Below, piece after piece: positions 62,547-64,000 of a stretch of 64,000 nucleotides of DNA; positions within the stretch are counted from its first letter, which is position 1; every line of letters begins with the position of its first letter. Origin of the DNA: Raja brachyura (Eukaryota); contig OY740807.1 in the NCBI GenBank assembly GCA_963514005.1, positions 26,412,001-26,476,000 of the forward strand, given 5' to 3'. The translations under genes and the position numbers were made by a program. The notes beneath the pieces were generated by a model. That model saw nothing but the letters and a program-made list of their open reading frames with translations, was not told the origin of the DNA and searched no databases.

Positions 62547-62773
62547 AAGGTTGTACATTTCAAAATTAGAGGGGATGAGAAGCTCGCAAAGTTCAGCGCC
62601 CGGGCCAAAACCCCTCAGCTGGCCCACCGGCTGGGCTTTGTGAACAGTTCAGCACCCGGGCCAACTCATCATTCATCCAGCCACGACCGAATCGGTCAAC
62701 AAATTGCCGTCGGGAATTTGTCCCTTATTGACCGTTTGCTCCTTATTTGGGAGTGAGAAAGTTGGCAATCCTA
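62547..62773. mobile_element. Possible hAT-type DNA transposon remnant
   Basis: Ends in GTTGGCAATCCTA, similar to the reverse complement of TAGGGTTGCCAAC hAT termini; internal 19-bp direct repeat agttcagc(g/a)cccgggccaa. Confidence 0.4.
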
Positions 62774-63168
62774 GTTTCCTCCATTGTCCTCATTCAACTC
62801 TTATTTGCACCTCCTCCAGGCAGGCCAGCTATAATTAACAAACCTTCAGCACCTCTCCTGGATAGCACCAAATACAATGCATTTCCGAGACAACCTTGGG
62901 CTCCATCCCGTCACAGACATGCCCGTTGTCCTCTCCACCTCTTCCTCCACTGTGCAACTTAAAATGCACATTTCCCACATTTCCATTTCTGCTGAATGGT
63001 CAATCTGAAACATTAATTTTATTTCACTCTCCACAGATGCTGCCACATCTCTCATCTTCGAGTATCTTGAGCACTTTAGGTTTTGGAATCTGCAATTTCT
63101 GCTTTATTAACCTGGAATGGTTTTCAATGGCTACAATGTAATCTCACACACAACGCCCAGCAGACTAA

Positions 63169-63490
63169 AGGCCCTGTCCCACTTCCCCGAGTTACTCACA
63201 AACTCTCCCAAGTTTTCCCCTTGATTCGAACTCGGGGAATACCGGGTAATGTCGGTAGCGAGCTCGTAGGAGCCCATAGGAGTTCGCAGATGTTTCGTAG
63301 TGGCTCGCAATGCCAGCCGGAGGAACTCGGGGCACCAGGTAAGTCGGGACGTTTTTTTCAACATGTTCACGAGTTTAACAAAATAGCCCTAAGCACCTAC
63401 GAACGGCTATTACCGCAATTCTCCGAGTTCGAATCAAGGGGAAAACACGGGAGAGTTCGTGAGTAACTCGGGGAAAGTGGGACAGGGCCT
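63169..63490. mobile_element. PIF/Harbinger-type MITE with ~70-bp inverted arms
   Basis: TIRs AGGCCCTGTCCCACTT / AAGTGGGACAGGGCCT; TAA on both sides (63166-63168, 63491-63493); internal similarity to 57435-57743. Confidence 0.88.
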
Positions 63491-64000
63491 TAACAGTACA
63501 ATATATCAATAAAAAAGATTTAAATTGTGGATTTCCAAACAACTCTTACAAGAGTCTTGCAGAACTTCTCTATAATAGAGAGATACTGTACCGCATGCTT
63601 AATTTAGAACAGTACTTAACTTAAACTTACAATTGGCAATAATTTTGACTCTAATATCTCAGTCTGGCAGACATTATGTCGCGTATAGATCTATACTGTA
63701 AATTAATCATCGACATTGTTTACACACTAAGTTTCCCCAATACTATTTGAATGCTCAGCACCATTGCATCAAGAAACAGATTAGTCCCTAACAGCACAGC
63801 TACGATTTAACTTTGTGTCACTAGTACTTTGGCATATCTACGTGGAATATTACCTGCGCTGTTGATGCATAGTTATAAGTAAAATGTGCCAAAACACCAC
63901 TTGTGTAATGCCTTTATTTAAAATGACTCCCATATTTCAAGTATTTTCATCAGCACTTAACTCCATCCATACAATTTAGAAATTAACTTTAGATGCATTC

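Noticed and set aside
51847-64000. LIMK1 exons 1-2
   Set aside because: No segment encoding the first LIM finger (C..C...LN.DWH..CF) found by eye; probably beyond the window

Overview
Vertebrate genomic DNA, most likely a cartilaginous fish (skate/ray-like), judged from the repeat complement: HE1/V-SINE-type SINEs, abundant CR1 LINEs, Rex1/Babar and Penelope remnants. The main gene is LIM domain kinase 1 (LIMK1) on the minus strand. Fourteen coding exons (equivalent to human exons 3-16) were traced from 51846 down to the stop at 25648, with GT-AG junctions and consistent phases. Exons 1-2 were not found and probably lie beyond 64000. A roughly 3.6-kb putative 3' UTR ends near 22070. About 1 kb further down is a CpG-rich promoter with a 40-nt first coding exon (MTDEVLQNALMSM) of a second minus-strand gene. 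A second candidate first exon (ATG|GTAAGT) lies near 5800. The identity of this gene is unresolved; a septin-4-like gene is possible from recalled synteny. The rest is mostly nested retroelements. The most unusual observations are a CR1 copy flanked by a ~195-bp direct duplication, Penelope-derived repeats carrying minimal hammerhead-ribozyme cores (often as inverted pairs), three PIF/Harbinger-type MITEs with TWA target duplications, a Vingi-like LINE fragment and a decayed 43-bp minisatellite. No clearly novel multi-gene system was found.
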